Virus record (IMG/VR): IMGVR_UViG_3300037234_000438
Location: 15,212 to 79,211 of that record
Source of the DNA: a virus
Length of the DNA stretch: 64,000 nt
Reading direction: 5' to 3' (one strand)
Of the stretch, positions 1 to 8,852 are shown piece after piece; within the stretch, counting starts at the first letter, position 1, and each line of letters opens with the position of its first letter. Below the pieces are notes generated by a model. That model was not told the origin of the DNA. It was given only the letters and a program-made list of their open reading frames with translations, and made no database searches. A program made the position numbers and the translations under genes.

Positions 1-192
1 GTGACCGACAAGGAACTGTATGATAAGATAAAGCCTCAGATGGAGGGCTGTGACGGAGGTATTGTCTGTGAGAGTCTGATGTACTACGAAAAGACTGGAG
101 GCTTTAGGTTGATGCAACGAGGAGTGCTTCTGTATTACTTAAAAGTTCCACAAGTGTTTAGTATGGGAGGCCAAGATGACGGAGAAAAGTAA
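1..192 (+). CDS. hypothetical protein (may be 5'-truncated by the window)
   Basis: ORF track; overlaps next ORF in a dense co-directional array. Confidence 0.5.
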   Translation: MTDKELYDKIKPQMEGCDGGIVCESLMYYEKTGGFRLMQRGVLLYYLKVPQVFSMGGQDDGEK

Positions 193-460
193 GGACTGTG
201 GGCACGACGGGCCGAAAGGTATGTCGTGCAGGGTATGTGCCTCACCGGAGAAGCCATCGGTAACAGAGGTAAGGAAAGTAATAGTGATTGACGATTGTTC
301 CAAGTGTCCGCTTACAGGCGGATGCAAGCCGTGGAAGGACCTTAGCGGAAAGCAAAAAGCAATTCTACTATTTGGCGTTGGTGTCGGGAAGTTTATTTTG
401 AAAGGCTGCCCGTTGCCAGATAGTGATACGGAGCTGGAAGCGTTTGCCGGGTTAGATTAG
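176..460 (+). CDS. small Cys-rich hypothetical protein
   Basis: GGAGG upstream; CxxC motifs. Confidence 0.65.
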   Translation: MTEKSKDCGHDGPKGMSCRVCASPEKPSVTEVRKVIVIDDCSKCPLTGGCKPWKDLSGKQKAILLFGVGVGKFILKGCPLPDSDTELEAFAGLD

Positions 461-499
461 ACAAGGACAACGAAAAACTTAACCAAAGGAGACATTAGT

Positions 500-799
500 A
501 TGGAATACGAAATAGGAGCCACAGCTTGTTACATAAACGATTATTCCTTTACTCACATAGCCGACATACCTGTCGAAGTGGCAGTTGAATGGGTGAAGAA
601 GGTTACTCCAGAAACAAGAATGAGCGCAACGGGAAATGTGCAGGCGAAAGACTTGACGGTTGGCGGCGATCCCGATACGGATGCAAATGTAAACGGATGG
701 CTTAATAAGTTATTCGTACTGATTGCTTGCGATCATGGCAAATGGGTGGCTCTCTATAATCACGACGGTAGATTTTCGATTAGAGACAAAGCGATATGA
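500..799 (+). CDS. hypothetical protein
   Basis: AAGGAG RBS upstream. Confidence 0.65.
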   Translation: MEYEIGATACYINDYSFTHIADIPVEVAVEWVKKVTPETRMSATGNVQAKDLTVGGDPDTDANVNGWLNKLFVLIACDHGKWVALYNHDGRFSIRDKAI

Positions 800-966
800 T
801 AACAACTCAGAAGTTTAAACGTGGCAGACGCTTAGTTGTAAAACAAACGGAATACGGCATCTGGCCGGCAGTGGTGATGCTCATGCACAGGGAAGCTATG
901 TGTTACGTCATATCTGTTATGGGGCACTTAAGGTGGGTGGCTCCGGTCGTGGTGTTGGCTAATTAA
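796..966 (+). CDS. 56-aa hypothetical protein (not in ORF track)
   Basis: ATGA overlap with previous stop; MITTQKFKRGRRLVVKQ... Confidence 0.55.
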   Translation: MITTQKFKRGRRLVVKQTEYGIWPAVVMLMHREAMCYVISVMGHLRWVAPVVVLAN

Positions 967-973
967 TATTTAA

Positions 974-1192
974 TCCTTATGGTCAAAGCAACTGAGCTGG
1001 TGTTTCGCCAGCCTAAGAATAATGTGATCTCGGACTAAGCCTTCGAGCACGGAAAAGCTAACTCCGTTCAATCTTTTACGGGCTCGAGATCAATAAATAA
1101 GGGTTTACTGAATATCGAATATCACGCTTCGTTTCTGCTGCGCTTCGCGGACTTAGAAATTCCATATTAATTAAACCCTTATCGCATAAGGA
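974..1192 (+). promoter_or_regulatory. candidate structured RNA / cis-regulatory leader
   Basis: Complementary pairs 974-981/1185-1192, 996-1000/1008-1012, 1025-1032/1085-1092, 1097-1107/1172-1182; outer stem covers the RBS of the 1199 ORF. Confidence 0.45.
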
Positions 1193-1198
1193 GATACT

Positions 1199-1375
1199 AT
1201 GAAGACAGTGTCATTCGACAAAGATAAGCTTGAGCTATTTAAGGCTAAGTACGAGGAAAGCAAGGGTCGTGGAGCTAACCACGTATTCAAGTTCGAAAGT
1301 GACGAATACTTAGTATCGTATGCAAAATATCTAATCGAATATCTCGAGGGAGAGGTTGGTGAAAAAGAAAACTGA
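1199..1375 (+). CDS. 58-aa phage protein (not in ORF track)
   Basis: TAAGGAG RBS; MKTVSFDKDKLELFKAKY...YAKYLIEYLEG. Confidence 0.75.
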   Translation: MKTVSFDKDKLELFKAKYEESKGRGANHVFKFESDEYLVSYAKYLIEYLEGEVGEKEN

Positions 1376-1550
1376 GAGGATGGAGGTGATGGTAAGAGCT
1401 ATGCATGCCGGTAAGATAGCTTTCCATGATGCCGCTAAAAGCATGAAGTTGTTCAGCGAGGCGATGAGCGCCCTTGGCAGTTTCCCGCCCAAAAGAAAAG
1501 AACATCCCTTGGAAATCGCAGTAAGAAAAGCAACGGAAAAGGAGGACTGA
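1356..1550 (+). CDS. small protein with C-terminal tag B (HPLEIAVRKAT); start probably 1359 or 1380
   Basis: ORF track; motif shared with ORFs at 55-58 kb. Confidence 0.7.
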   Translation: MVKKKTERMEVMVRAMHAGKIAFHDAAKSMKLFSEAMSALGSFPPKRKEHPLEIAVRKATEKED

Positions 1551-1762
1551 TGGCTAGTAAAAGTTGTGGAGCATTTCTGGAAGGCAATGTTATCGTCTGT
1601 CCTACATGCTTTATCCCAACGAAACAGATCTCTGGGCCACTAGGCGTTCCAGAAAAAGATCATGACGAAATTATACGGGAATGTCAGGAATGCGGAATGG
1701 AGCTTTCGATTAGATATTATCCATGCCTGAAGATAACGCAAAGGCTCGGCTATGAAGCGTAA
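1550..1762 (+). CDS. zinc-ribbon protein
   Basis: CPTC...CQEC; GGAGG RBS; TGATG coupling. Confidence 0.7.
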   Translation: MASKSCGAFLEGNVIVCPTCFIPTKQISGPLGVPEKDHDEIIRECQECGMELSIRYYPCLKITQRLGYEA

Positions 1763-2063
1763 AAAGAAGAGTCGCTCTCTCGAGAACGTCGAGATAACGG
1801 AGCATGCCATCTTTCAGTTTTACAAGAGAGTAGTTGCCTTGGGAATGACTCCGCCGGCAGACGTCGAGCAGACTAGACAGTGCATCGTGGAGCTACTCAA
1901 AAAAGCCAAGCCCGACTCTAAGATTAGTGAGGCCAGAAAAGTGCAGAGGATTATCTCTAATAAGTTCAAGGAGGCCAATTACTACCTGTCTGGAGGTTGG
2001 AGGCTTATCATCGTAAACGAGAAAGTGGTAACCATAGAACGTAAGAAATCGAGCGAAAACTAA
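1752..2063 (+). CDS. hypothetical protein (possibly RelE/DUF4258-like)
   Basis: ITEHA...R N-terminus and VVTI C-terminus. Confidence 0.5.
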   Translation: MKRKKKSRSLENVEITEHAIFQFYKRVVALGMTPPADVEQTRQCIVELLKKAKPDSKISEARKVQRIISNKFKEANYYLSGGWRLIIVNEKVVTIERKKSSEN

Positions 2064-2078
2064 AGATATGGAGACTGA

Positions 2079-2252
2079 ATGACGTCGAAGCAGGTATGGT
2101 TCTGGTATGTCTACATATTGACCATAATGATGACAATCATAGACAAGCCTGAAGAATGGGTGAAAATACTCTGTGCGGCTATCATGTTTCCCATCATCAT
2201 TTACGGAGGATTTTTTTTGTTGGGATTTGTGCTTGGCTGGACTGATAATTAA
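2079..2252 (+). CDS. 57-aa membrane protein (not in ORF track)
   Basis: GGAG RBS; two hydrophobic segments. Confidence 0.55.
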   Translation: MTSKQVWFWYVYILTIMMTIIDKPEEWVKILCAAIMFPIIIYGGFFLLGFVLGWTDN

Positions 2253-2262
2253 AGGAGGAAAG

Positions 2263-2412
2263 ATGAAAGATTTTATGCTTTACTTCGTAACTGCCATACT
2301 GATCTTCTCTTCAGTGGTTCCGTTTATTTTGTTTGTATTTCTCTGGATAGAGCGCGATTTTGATTATGCGTGGAATCGATTTGAGCAGTTGGTTGATGAG
2401 GTTATATCTTAA
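2263..2412 (+). CDS. small membrane protein
   Basis: AGGAGG RBS before ATG 2263; one TM segment. Confidence 0.6.
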   Translation: MKDFMLYFVTAILIFSSVVPFILFVFLWIERDFDYAWNRFEQLVDEVIS

Positions 2413-2422
2413 TAGGAGTATT

Positions 2423-3403
2423 ATGGAAAGAGACAGAAAACAAATTGATGCGACAACGCTTACGCTGGTTGCGCTGAATGAGATTGGGAAGAAGCTCAAT
2501 GTGATCGACGAGAAAGTGACGGTAGCGAAAGCTACGCTACCGGTAAGCGATGCGTTGATTCTATTTCGAAAGAAGATTGACAAATCCCATAAATGCCCAA
2601 GGAATCTATATCCCCTGCTAGACAAGTTGCGAGAATCGTTTTCTGATCGAGACTGCGTAACGCTTACGAGCTATGACCTGGAGGGCTTTATTGATGAGAA
2701 CTGGGCAGGCTCAGCTAAGAGTACGATAAATGCGAGACTTGCCCAGCTTAGCCTATTCTTTAATTTTTGTATCAAGGAGACCAGAAAGAGAGGGTTTGAG
2801 CCTTGGCATAATCCGGTGGAACTCATCGATAGACAGAAGAGAGTACCGTTAAAGGAGAATAAATATCTTCCCCCTGAAAAAATACGAGCACTTCTTTATC
2901 AGTGTGACTCGGATAAAGACTGGCTGATAGTAAGCACTTTACTGTGTGGGCTGCGGAGTGGCGAGCTTCTTAAATTGAGACCAATGGACATATCTGGAAG
3001 AAGCCTCCGACTAATAGAACCTAAGAGCGGCAAGCGAGAAGAATTTTCTGTGGCACCAGCGCTCGTGATTAGCGAGTTCCAACTCTACATAAATAAACAT
3101 AAAATAGGTTCAAATGAAAAAATATTTGGCTGCATGTATGGAACCTCGGTAAATAAACTCGCCAGAAGAAAATCGAAGGCGATAGGTGAAGATCTAACAG
3201 CTCATAGCCTAAGAAAAATAGGATGCACGGTTTATGATAGGGCGGGAGATCATGCAATGCGTCGTTTCGTTCTTAGGCATGGCAGCGTTAAGGGGCACCT
3301 TACGTCGCTGGAGTCCAGATACGTCTCTCCTTATACTATCGATGAGGCCTGTGTTGCACAGGATAAAATTATGGTTCCGTCGTGGTTTGAGGAGGCCGAC
3401 TGA
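2423..3403 (+). CDS. tyrosine recombinase / integrase-family protein
   Basis: GLRSGELLKL (box I Arg), KSGK, HSLR, LRH, RY (catalytic Tyr); AGGAG RBS before ATG 2423. Confidence 0.85.
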   Translation: MERDRKQIDATTLTLVALNEIGKKLNVIDEKVTVAKATLPVSDALILFRKKIDKSHKCPRNLYPLLDKLRESFSDRDCVTLTSYDLEGFIDENWAGSAKSTINARLAQLSLFFNFCIKETRKRGFEPWHNPVELIDRQKRVPLKENKYLPPEKIRALLYQCDSDKDWLIVSTLLCGLRSGELLKLRPMDISGRSLRLIEPKSGKREEFSVAPALVISEFQLYINKHKIGSNEKIFGCMYGTSVNKLARRKSKAIGEDLTAHSLRKIGCTVYDRAGDHAMRRFVLRHGSVKGHLTSLESRYVSPYTIDEACVAQDKIMVPSWFEEAD

Positions 3404-3825
3404 TGAACTTCGAAACATTCAGTCCCTTCGACGTTATCGTTTGTCCTTGGTGCGCAGGAACCAAGTTCGACGTGACAGACCTCTCCGGATATAATTCGGC
3501 GGTGTGTATGAAGTGTAAAGCTGGCTTCCTGGCTTCCTTCCGTGAGCCGTCGCGGAGTTCCACGCTTAGTGGGCAGCAGGTTAAGTTTGTTGAGATTATT
3601 TGTGGGAGGCAATATTCGCATCTGGACGACGTTTCACGATGGATGTGGAGAATATGCATTGACGCAAGAGACCATTACCGCCAAGCACCAGAGTGGAAGT
3701 CCAACCCAAACACATCTCGAGACAGCACCTTTCTGAGGGGACGCAGGAACTCAATCGAAAGGATAAGCGCTACGATAGACGAGCGATTAACGGCATACGA
3801 AGTAGCGGAAGCACTTGAGGGATAA
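3403..3825 (+). CDS. zinc-ribbon protein ending in tag A (YEVAEALEG)
   Basis: CPWC...CMKC; TGATG coupling to the recombinase. Confidence 0.7.
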   Translation: MNFETFSPFDVIVCPWCAGTKFDVTDLSGYNSAVCMKCKAGFLASFREPSRSSTLSGQQVKFVEIICGRQYSHLDDVSRWMWRICIDARDHYRQAPEWKSNPNTSRDSTFLRGRRNSIERISATIDERLTAYEVAEALEG

Positions 3826-3855
3826 AACAATTAAAGTTAAACCAGGGAGGAAGTT

Positions 3856-4716
3856 ATGTCAGGAAAAGAAGCGGTGGATGTATTTTCGAAGGGATGTTTA
3901 ATTAATCTCAGATCGAGCGTGTGGGGAGGGAAGATCAAGATCCCATCGGATTTGGTGAGTAGGGATAGTGGGGCAGACCCCTCTTTCATTGCCGCACATA
4001 AATTTTTAGTTGAGAAATCTAGCCTTAAAGCCATTGAGCATGCGAGAGGAATGGCTAGATCGTGGCTTGTAACGAAATCGATACCCTTCCCAGTCAAAGG
4101 ACTGATTTTTGTCCCGCGCGACATGATTAGCAGGGTTGATAATACCCTTCAGGATTACCAAAGTCGCTTCTATGAAATGACCAACGAATTCATAGAGAGA
4201 TATGACGAGCTCAAAGAGAGTGCCAAAGAAAACTTGGGCGATCTCTACAACCCTGACGATTACCCTTCCGATATAGCCAACAAATTTGAGTTTGCGTGGG
4301 ATTTCTTCATCCTTGATGCGCCGAATCATCTTATCACTATCAGCCCTGCGCTGTATGAAAGAGAGGTACATAAGTTTAAGAGCAATATGGCAGGCTTTGA
4401 GGTCTTGGCCAGAAAGACACAGAGGGAAGCACTTAAAACAATGGTCAGCAATATCGTAGAGAGACTCAGCGGTGAGAATGAAAAGGGTAAGTTTAAAGTT
4501 TTCCGAGACACTCTCTTAAGTAATATTCGTGAATTTGTTTATGATTTTCCCTCAATGAACATCACAGGCGATCTCGACTTAGAGGTGCAAGCCGTTGAAG
4601 TTGGGAGAATTCTAGGGGACACGACACCTGCCGAACTAAGAACTGATGAGTCGGTGCGTGACAATATACTTACAAGCATGGAGCTTATCACTCTCGACCT
4701 TAATACTTTAAAATAA
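3856..4716 (+). CDS. DUF3150-like phage protein
   Basis: Length and motifs (SIPFPVKGLIFVP, YNPDDYPS, KF.F) resemble DUF3150; by-eye recognition. Confidence 0.6.
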   Translation: MSGKEAVDVFSKGCLINLRSSVWGGKIKIPSDLVSRDSGADPSFIAAHKFLVEKSSLKAIEHARGMARSWLVTKSIPFPVKGLIFVPRDMISRVDNTLQDYQSRFYEMTNEFIERYDELKESAKENLGDLYNPDDYPSDIANKFEFAWDFFILDAPNHLITISPALYEREVHKFKSNMAGFEVLARKTQREALKTMVSNIVERLSGENEKGKFKVFRDTLLSNIREFVYDFPSMNITGDLDLEVQAVEVGRILGDTTPAELRTDESVRDNILTSMELITLDLNTLK

Positions 4717-4756
4717 TTTAGGCAATGCTGAAACATTAAACTACAGGAGGTTTAAA

Positions 4757-6781
4757 ATGTCAGACTTTATTAGATTCAAAACGGCTATACGGGAACGATT
4801 CGAGTTAATGGCTAAAGGGGAGTTATTTGTTGTTGGTGTAGACAAAGATCTCTTATGGAAAACTTACCTCGAGAGCTTCCCCGATGGCACAAATCCCATC
4901 TTCAGAGAGAGGTCGGAATACGATTGCCAGTGCTGCAAGCAATTCATTCGTGCTGCCGGCAATGTCGTCTCCATCGTCGATAACAAGCTGGTCTCAATAT
5001 GGGACATAGACGTTGGAGGGCATTATCAGGTTGTGGCTGACGCTCTCTCGTCCTTAGTGAAGTCACGAACTGTCGTTGATTCGTTTTTCCACAGAGAAAA
5101 GCATCTTGGCACTGACTTCAATCATCAGTTGCTAGACAACAGTAAATCGCCGATGAGGTGGGACCACTTTCATTTTATGTTGCCGCCCAAGTTTATTAAT
5201 AGTGATGCCGGTACTTCACTCTCGGCAATTAGAAGCAACAAGGAGGTGTTTAAGCGAAGCCTTGACGAGATCTCGATTGAGGCTGCCGACACTGTTCTTG
5301 AATTAATAGAACAGCAATCGATATACAGAGGGGAGGAGCACAAGGGGCTCGTTGAGCTGTTCATTAAGTACAAAAAAGAATATGACGATCTACCAAAAGA
5401 CCAGCTGGACAATTATTGCTGGGCACAGTCTAAATTAATTGGCCCGGCGGCCAAAATAAAGAACACGGTGATAGGTTCGTTGCTTGCCGACATTTCGGAA
5501 GGAATGGAACTAGATAAAGCTGTTAAAAGCTTCGAGGTAAAAGTGGCTCCCACTAATTACAAACGTCCCACCGCCTTAATAACAAAAAGCATGGTTGCCA
5601 ATGCCCAAAAGAAAGTCGTGGAACTAGGCATCGCTGACTCGCTTCAGAGGCGCTTTGCCGTTACTGATGACATTACGGTCAACAATGTTCTCTTCGCTGA
5701 CAGATCGGTAAAGAAGGCGATAAGCGCCTTTGAGAATGTCTTTGATGAGATGGCAGATGAGATGCCAGACAACATTGGCAAGCTTAAAAAGGTTGATGCG
5801 GTTGGGATAGATATCTTCATCAAAGACATTCTCCCTAAAGCGGAGAGCATTGAGCTTATGTTTGAAAACAGACATTCTGGCAATTTGATGAGCCTCATAG
5901 CTCCTATCGCCCCAGGCGCCAAACATATCTTTAAATGGCCTAACAATTATTCATGGGCTTACAACGGTGAAGTTGCCGATTCCATGAAGCAGCGTGTTAA
6001 GAGTGCCGGCGGTAAAGTTGATGGCGTTTTACGTTTTTCTATACAGTGGAACGACGGTGACAATAATCAAAATGATTTTGATGCCCACTGCATCGAACCC
6101 AACAAAAACTTAATACACTATCCCAAACAAGGACAGGTTCAGTCTTCATCTGGAGTGCTTGATGTGGACATTGTGGAGCCGGGCAACAAGGTCGCAGTCG
6201 AGAATATCACATGGTCGAGTTTGAGCAAGATGCTAGAAGGCGAGTATAAGTTTCTTGTCCACAACTACTCTCATAACGGGGGAATGACCGGTTTCTCGGC
6301 AGAGATAGAGTATGATGGCGTGATTCATTCTTATTCCTACAATAAGGGGTTGCGGAATAACGAAAAGGTTGAAGTCGCCAGTATTAAATTCAACAAGGAA
6401 ACAGGGATTGAATTTATAAAATCTCTTCCTTCGAATCAATCTACTAAGACGGTGTGGGGCATTTCAACCCAAAAATTCCAGAAGGTCTCCATGATCATGA
6501 CTTCGCCGAACCACTGGGACGGACGGGCAGTTGGAAATAAGCATCTATTCTTTATTTTGGAAGGATGCAAGAACGACAAGAGGGCGAGAGGGTTCTTTAA
6601 TGAGTTTCTAAACGAAGACTTAAGGGAGCACAGAAAGGTGTTCGAAGTTCTGGGATCTAAGTTGAAAGCCGAAGAATCTGACGATCAGTTAAGCGGCTTA
6701 GGGTTCTCATCAACTCAGAAGAATAGTGTTTATTGTAAAGTGACGGGTGCATTCACCAGAACGTTAAAAATTAATTTCTAG
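4757..6781 (+). CDS. 674-aa phage protein with YfaP/DUF2135-like C-terminal region
   Basis: DCQCC N-terminal motif; LRFSIQWN..DFDAHC..LDVD..VENI; strong RBS. Confidence 0.6.
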   Translation: MSDFIRFKTAIRERFELMAKGELFVVGVDKDLLWKTYLESFPDGTNPIFRERSEYDCQCCKQFIRAAGNVVSIVDNKLVSIWDIDVGGHYQVVADALSSLVKSRTVVDSFFHREKHLGTDFNHQLLDNSKSPMRWDHFHFMLPPKFINSDAGTSLSAIRSNKEVFKRSLDEISIEAADTVLELIEQQSIYRGEEHKGLVELFIKYKKEYDDLPKDQLDNYCWAQSKLIGPAAKIKNTVIGSLLADISEGMELDKAVKSFEVKVAPTNYKRPTALITKSMVANAQKKVVELGIADSLQRRFAVTDDITVNNVLFADRSVKKAISAFENVFDEMADEMPDNIGKLKKVDAVGIDIFIKDILPKAESIELMFENRHSGNLMSLIAPIAPGAKHIFKWPNNYSWAYNGEVADSMKQRVKSAGGKVDGVLRFSIQWNDGDNNQNDFDAHCIEPNKNLIHYPKQGQVQSSSGVLDVDIVEPGNKVAVENITWSSLSKMLEGEYKFLVHNYSHNGGMTGFSAEIEYDGVIHSYSYNKGLRNNEKVEVASIKFNKETGIEFIKSLPSNQSTKTVWGISTQKFQKVSMIMTSPNHWDGRAVGNKHLFFILEGCKNDKRARGFFNEFLNEDLREHRKVFEVLGSKLKAEESDDQLSGLGFSSTQKNSVYCKVTGAFTRTLKINF

Positions 6782-6790
6782 GAGGGAAAA

Positions 6791-7162
6791 ATGTTTGAAA
6801 GAGCAATTAGGTTAAAATTAAGGTTCAAGACCACCAGTGGCCAGCTATCAATTGAGGACTTGTGGGACTTGCCTTTGGCATTTCTTAACGAGTTAGCAAA
6901 GGCCTTAAGCCGGGAGGTAAAAGAGAGCGCAGAGGAAAGTTTTATTGCTAAGAAAAGCAATACCAACGCGATTTCAGAGCTGAGGTTTGAACTGGTCAAG
7001 CATGTTATTAAGGTTAAACTCGAGGAGGCTGAGACTAAAGAGAAGGCTGTGGAGAACAAAGCTAAGAAGGAGCATATTTTGAGCCTTATTGCTGAGAAGC
7101 AAGGCGAAGACCTGAAGAGTAAGAGCATTGACGAGCTTACGAAGTTGATGGAAGATCTGTAG
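6791..7162 (+). CDS. helical phage protein, likely partner of the 674-aa protein
   Basis: MFERAIRLKLRF..GQLSIEDLWDL; AGGAGG RBS. Confidence 0.7.
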   Translation: MFERAIRLKLRFKTTSGQLSIEDLWDLPLAFLNELAKALSREVKESAEESFIAKKSNTNAISELRFELVKHVIKVKLEEAETKEKAVENKAKKEHILSLIAEKQGEDLKSKSIDELTKLMEDL

Positions 7163-7176
7163 TTCGGCAAATCTTT

Positions 7177-7208
7177 AAGTTGCCCTTGAAACTCAAGGGC
7201 AACTTTTT
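7177..7208 (+). terminator. Rho-independent terminator
   Basis: AAGTTGCCCTTGA-AAC-TCAAGGGCAACTT perfect 13-bp stem running into a T tract. Confidence 0.85.
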
Positions 7209-7233
7209 AAATATAAGCTGACGGGAGGACGAC

Positions 7234-7428
7234 ATGTATTTAATCTGGAGTTTCGAGCACGATTCTTGGTGGAAGCCATGCCGCCATGGATATACAGAGG
7301 ACGTCATGCAGGCTGGTCTCTATTCCAAAGAGGACGCTGAGCAGATATGCGAGCATGCTAATTCTTATGAAGAAATCAATGAAGAGATGAGGCCGGCTAA
7401 AGACTACGGGAGGGTTGGTGAGGTATGA
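7234..7428 (+). CDS. hypothetical protein
   Basis: GGAGG RBS; GYT..AGLYS motif. Confidence 0.7.
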   Translation: MYLIWSFEHDSWWKPCRHGYTEDVMQAGLYSKEDAEQICEHANSYEEINEEMRPAKDYGRVGEV

Positions 7429-7583
7429 AGAATTACATAGGGCACGTCCAGTTCTTCGCCGTTGAAGTTGAGGTAAAGGCAAAGAACAAGGCTGACGCGA
7501 GAAAGAAAATCAAGGCGAAGATGGCCAAGAAAAAAGCGTCTCTACTTATGGACAAGCGCAACTGCTTTATTGATGAAATATGA
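7425..7583 (+). CDS. 52-aa basic protein (not in ORF track)
   Basis: ATGA overlap; MKNYIGHVQFFAVEVEVKAKNKADA. Confidence 0.6.
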   Translation: MKNYIGHVQFFAVEVEVKAKNKADARKKIKAKMAKKKASLLMDKRNCFIDEI

Positions 7584-7594
7584 AGGCCTAAGCA

Positions 7595-7984
7595 ATGGTT
7601 ATGTCGGTATATTGCTGTGGCTGTGAGAAGAAAGTGGATGTCAGGCTCACTAATGGCACAGAAACATATCCACACCGACCAGACCTAAGAAGTCTTCCTT
7701 TTTGGAAATGCGATAGCTGTGGCAATCATGTTGGCTGCCATCACAAGACGGCTAACAGCACTAACCCTCTAGGTTGTATTCCTACACCTGAAATCAAAGA
7801 GGCCAGGCAATACATACACTTAATACTTGATCCAATCTGGAAGAGCGGGAAGATGGAAAGAAAAGTACTTTATGCTAAGATCAGCGAAAAGATTGGGTGG
7901 AAATATCATACTGCCAAGATACGCAGCATCGAGGAAGCCAGGGCGGTCTATAAGATAATACGAGGATTGTGGTACAATCGGTAA
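7595..7984 (+). CDS. DUF3268-like zinc-finger protein
   Basis: YPHRPDL..WKCDSC..VGCH..PLG..H..DPIW. Confidence 0.7.
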   Translation: MVMSVYCCGCEKKVDVRLTNGTETYPHRPDLRSLPFWKCDSCGNHVGCHHKTANSTNPLGCIPTPEIKEARQYIHLILDPIWKSGKMERKVLYAKISEKIGWKYHTAKIRSIEEARAVYKIIRGLWYNR

Positions 7985-8066
7985 ACGCCACTGCCTCCAC
8001 CCAAGGCAGCGGTCATGTCGCAAAAGTAGCTCAGAATCAATATGTGGGACAATGGGAGGTGAAATC

Positions 8067-8267
8067 ATGCAACACCATAAAGAGTTTTATCCGCACATTA
8101 AGCGATTATTCTATACTGAGGGGTGTGGTCGCTGCGGAAAGAATCAAGAAATCATCAAGAAGGGCGAGGAACCATACGATATCGCAATGTTTGCTGTCCA
8201 TGAATTGCAAGAAAATGGCTGGCAGATTATTGACGGGGAGCTGATTTGTTCTGCGTGCGTAAATTAA
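8067..8267 (+). CDS. zinc-finger hypothetical protein
   Basis: GGAGG RBS; CGRC...CSAC. Confidence 0.65.
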   Translation: MQHHKEFYPHIKRLFYTEGCGRCGKNQEIIKKGEEPYDIAMFAVHELQENGWQIIDGELICSACVN

Positions 8268-8349
8268 CAGTTGTGATAACCAGCGGCAGGAAACGATGGC
8301 TAAAAACAGAGCAGACTATTAGCCGTCTGCGTTAATTATTGGGTTATAT
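8262..8349 (-). mobile_element. attC-like cassette recombination site
   Basis: Minus strand ATATAAC-CCAAT-AATTAACGCAGAC...GCTGGTTATCA-CAACT-GTTAATT: R''/L''/L'/R' layout with imperfect hairpin. Confidence 0.75.
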
Positions 8350-8359
8350 GGAGGATGCT

Positions 8360-8560
8360 GTGTCTCAATATCAAGTATTTGCGGATTATGAGGTAATTAA
8401 AGAAGGGGTCGTTGTTAAGTGGGGGAATCATGATTTTGGGATAGAGTGTGAACCTGGAGAACAATTATTAAAAGCTATAGGGCACATAAGAAAGACCACA
8501 TGTGAAGCACTAAAGTGCAAGAGGAAAGCAATTAGAATTAAATTTATAACGGTCATATAA
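8360..8560 (+). CDS. cassette-borne hypothetical protein
   Basis: GGAGG + GTG start just after R box; bounded by GTTATAT...ATATAAC. Confidence 0.65.
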   Translation: MSQYQVFADYEVIKEGVVVKWGNHDFGIECEPGEQLLKAIGHIRKTTCEALKCKRKAIRIKFITVI

Positions 8561-8635
8561 CAGATCATCGGAAGGCGCAACACGATGACTAGAACAGGCC
8601 AGCTATTGCCTTTCCGGTGCATTGCGTGGTTCTAA
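8555..8635 (-). mobile_element. attC-like site (L'/R' arm shortened)
   Basis: Minus strand TTAGAAC-CACGC-AATGCACCGGA...TCCGATGATCT-GTTATAT. Confidence 0.7.
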
Positions 8636-8669
8636 GGCGTGATTATTAAAGAGAAAAGGGGGAAAGCAA

Positions 8670-8852
8670 ATGGATGCAATTAGATTAATAGAAGTGTCAA
8701 ATGGTGACAGCATATTAGAAATTGACTTGCCAGGAGGGGGAGGGTCAGATATCACCCTTGAAGATGGTGACAGTGACGAAATAATAATTGAAAAATTGGA
8801 GACATTGGTGCGGTGTTTAAGGCCAAATCTTTACAAACAAGAAAAGCCTTAG
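8670..8852 (+). CDS. cassette-borne hypothetical protein
   Basis: Bounded by GTTCTAAGGC (8629) and its exact reverse complement GCCTTAGAAC (8846). Confidence 0.65.
   Translation: MDAIRLIEVSNGDSILEIDLPGGGGSDITLEDGDSDEIIIEKLETLVRCLRPNLYKQEKP

Noticed and set aside
1380-1480. AAKSM/EAM similarity of ORF 1356 to the tape measure
   Set aside because: Five-residue matches to a 1573-aa Ala-rich protein are plausible by chance; kept only as a lead.
2423-3403. Calling the recombinase an integron integrase (IntI)
   Set aside because: No IntI-specific insertion between boxes I and II is visible, and it is not adjacent to any cassette array.
8670-8852. LEIDLPGG as another protease mimic and KLETLVR as tag B
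   Set aside because: Too short and low-complexity; the gene is a cassette outside the cluster.
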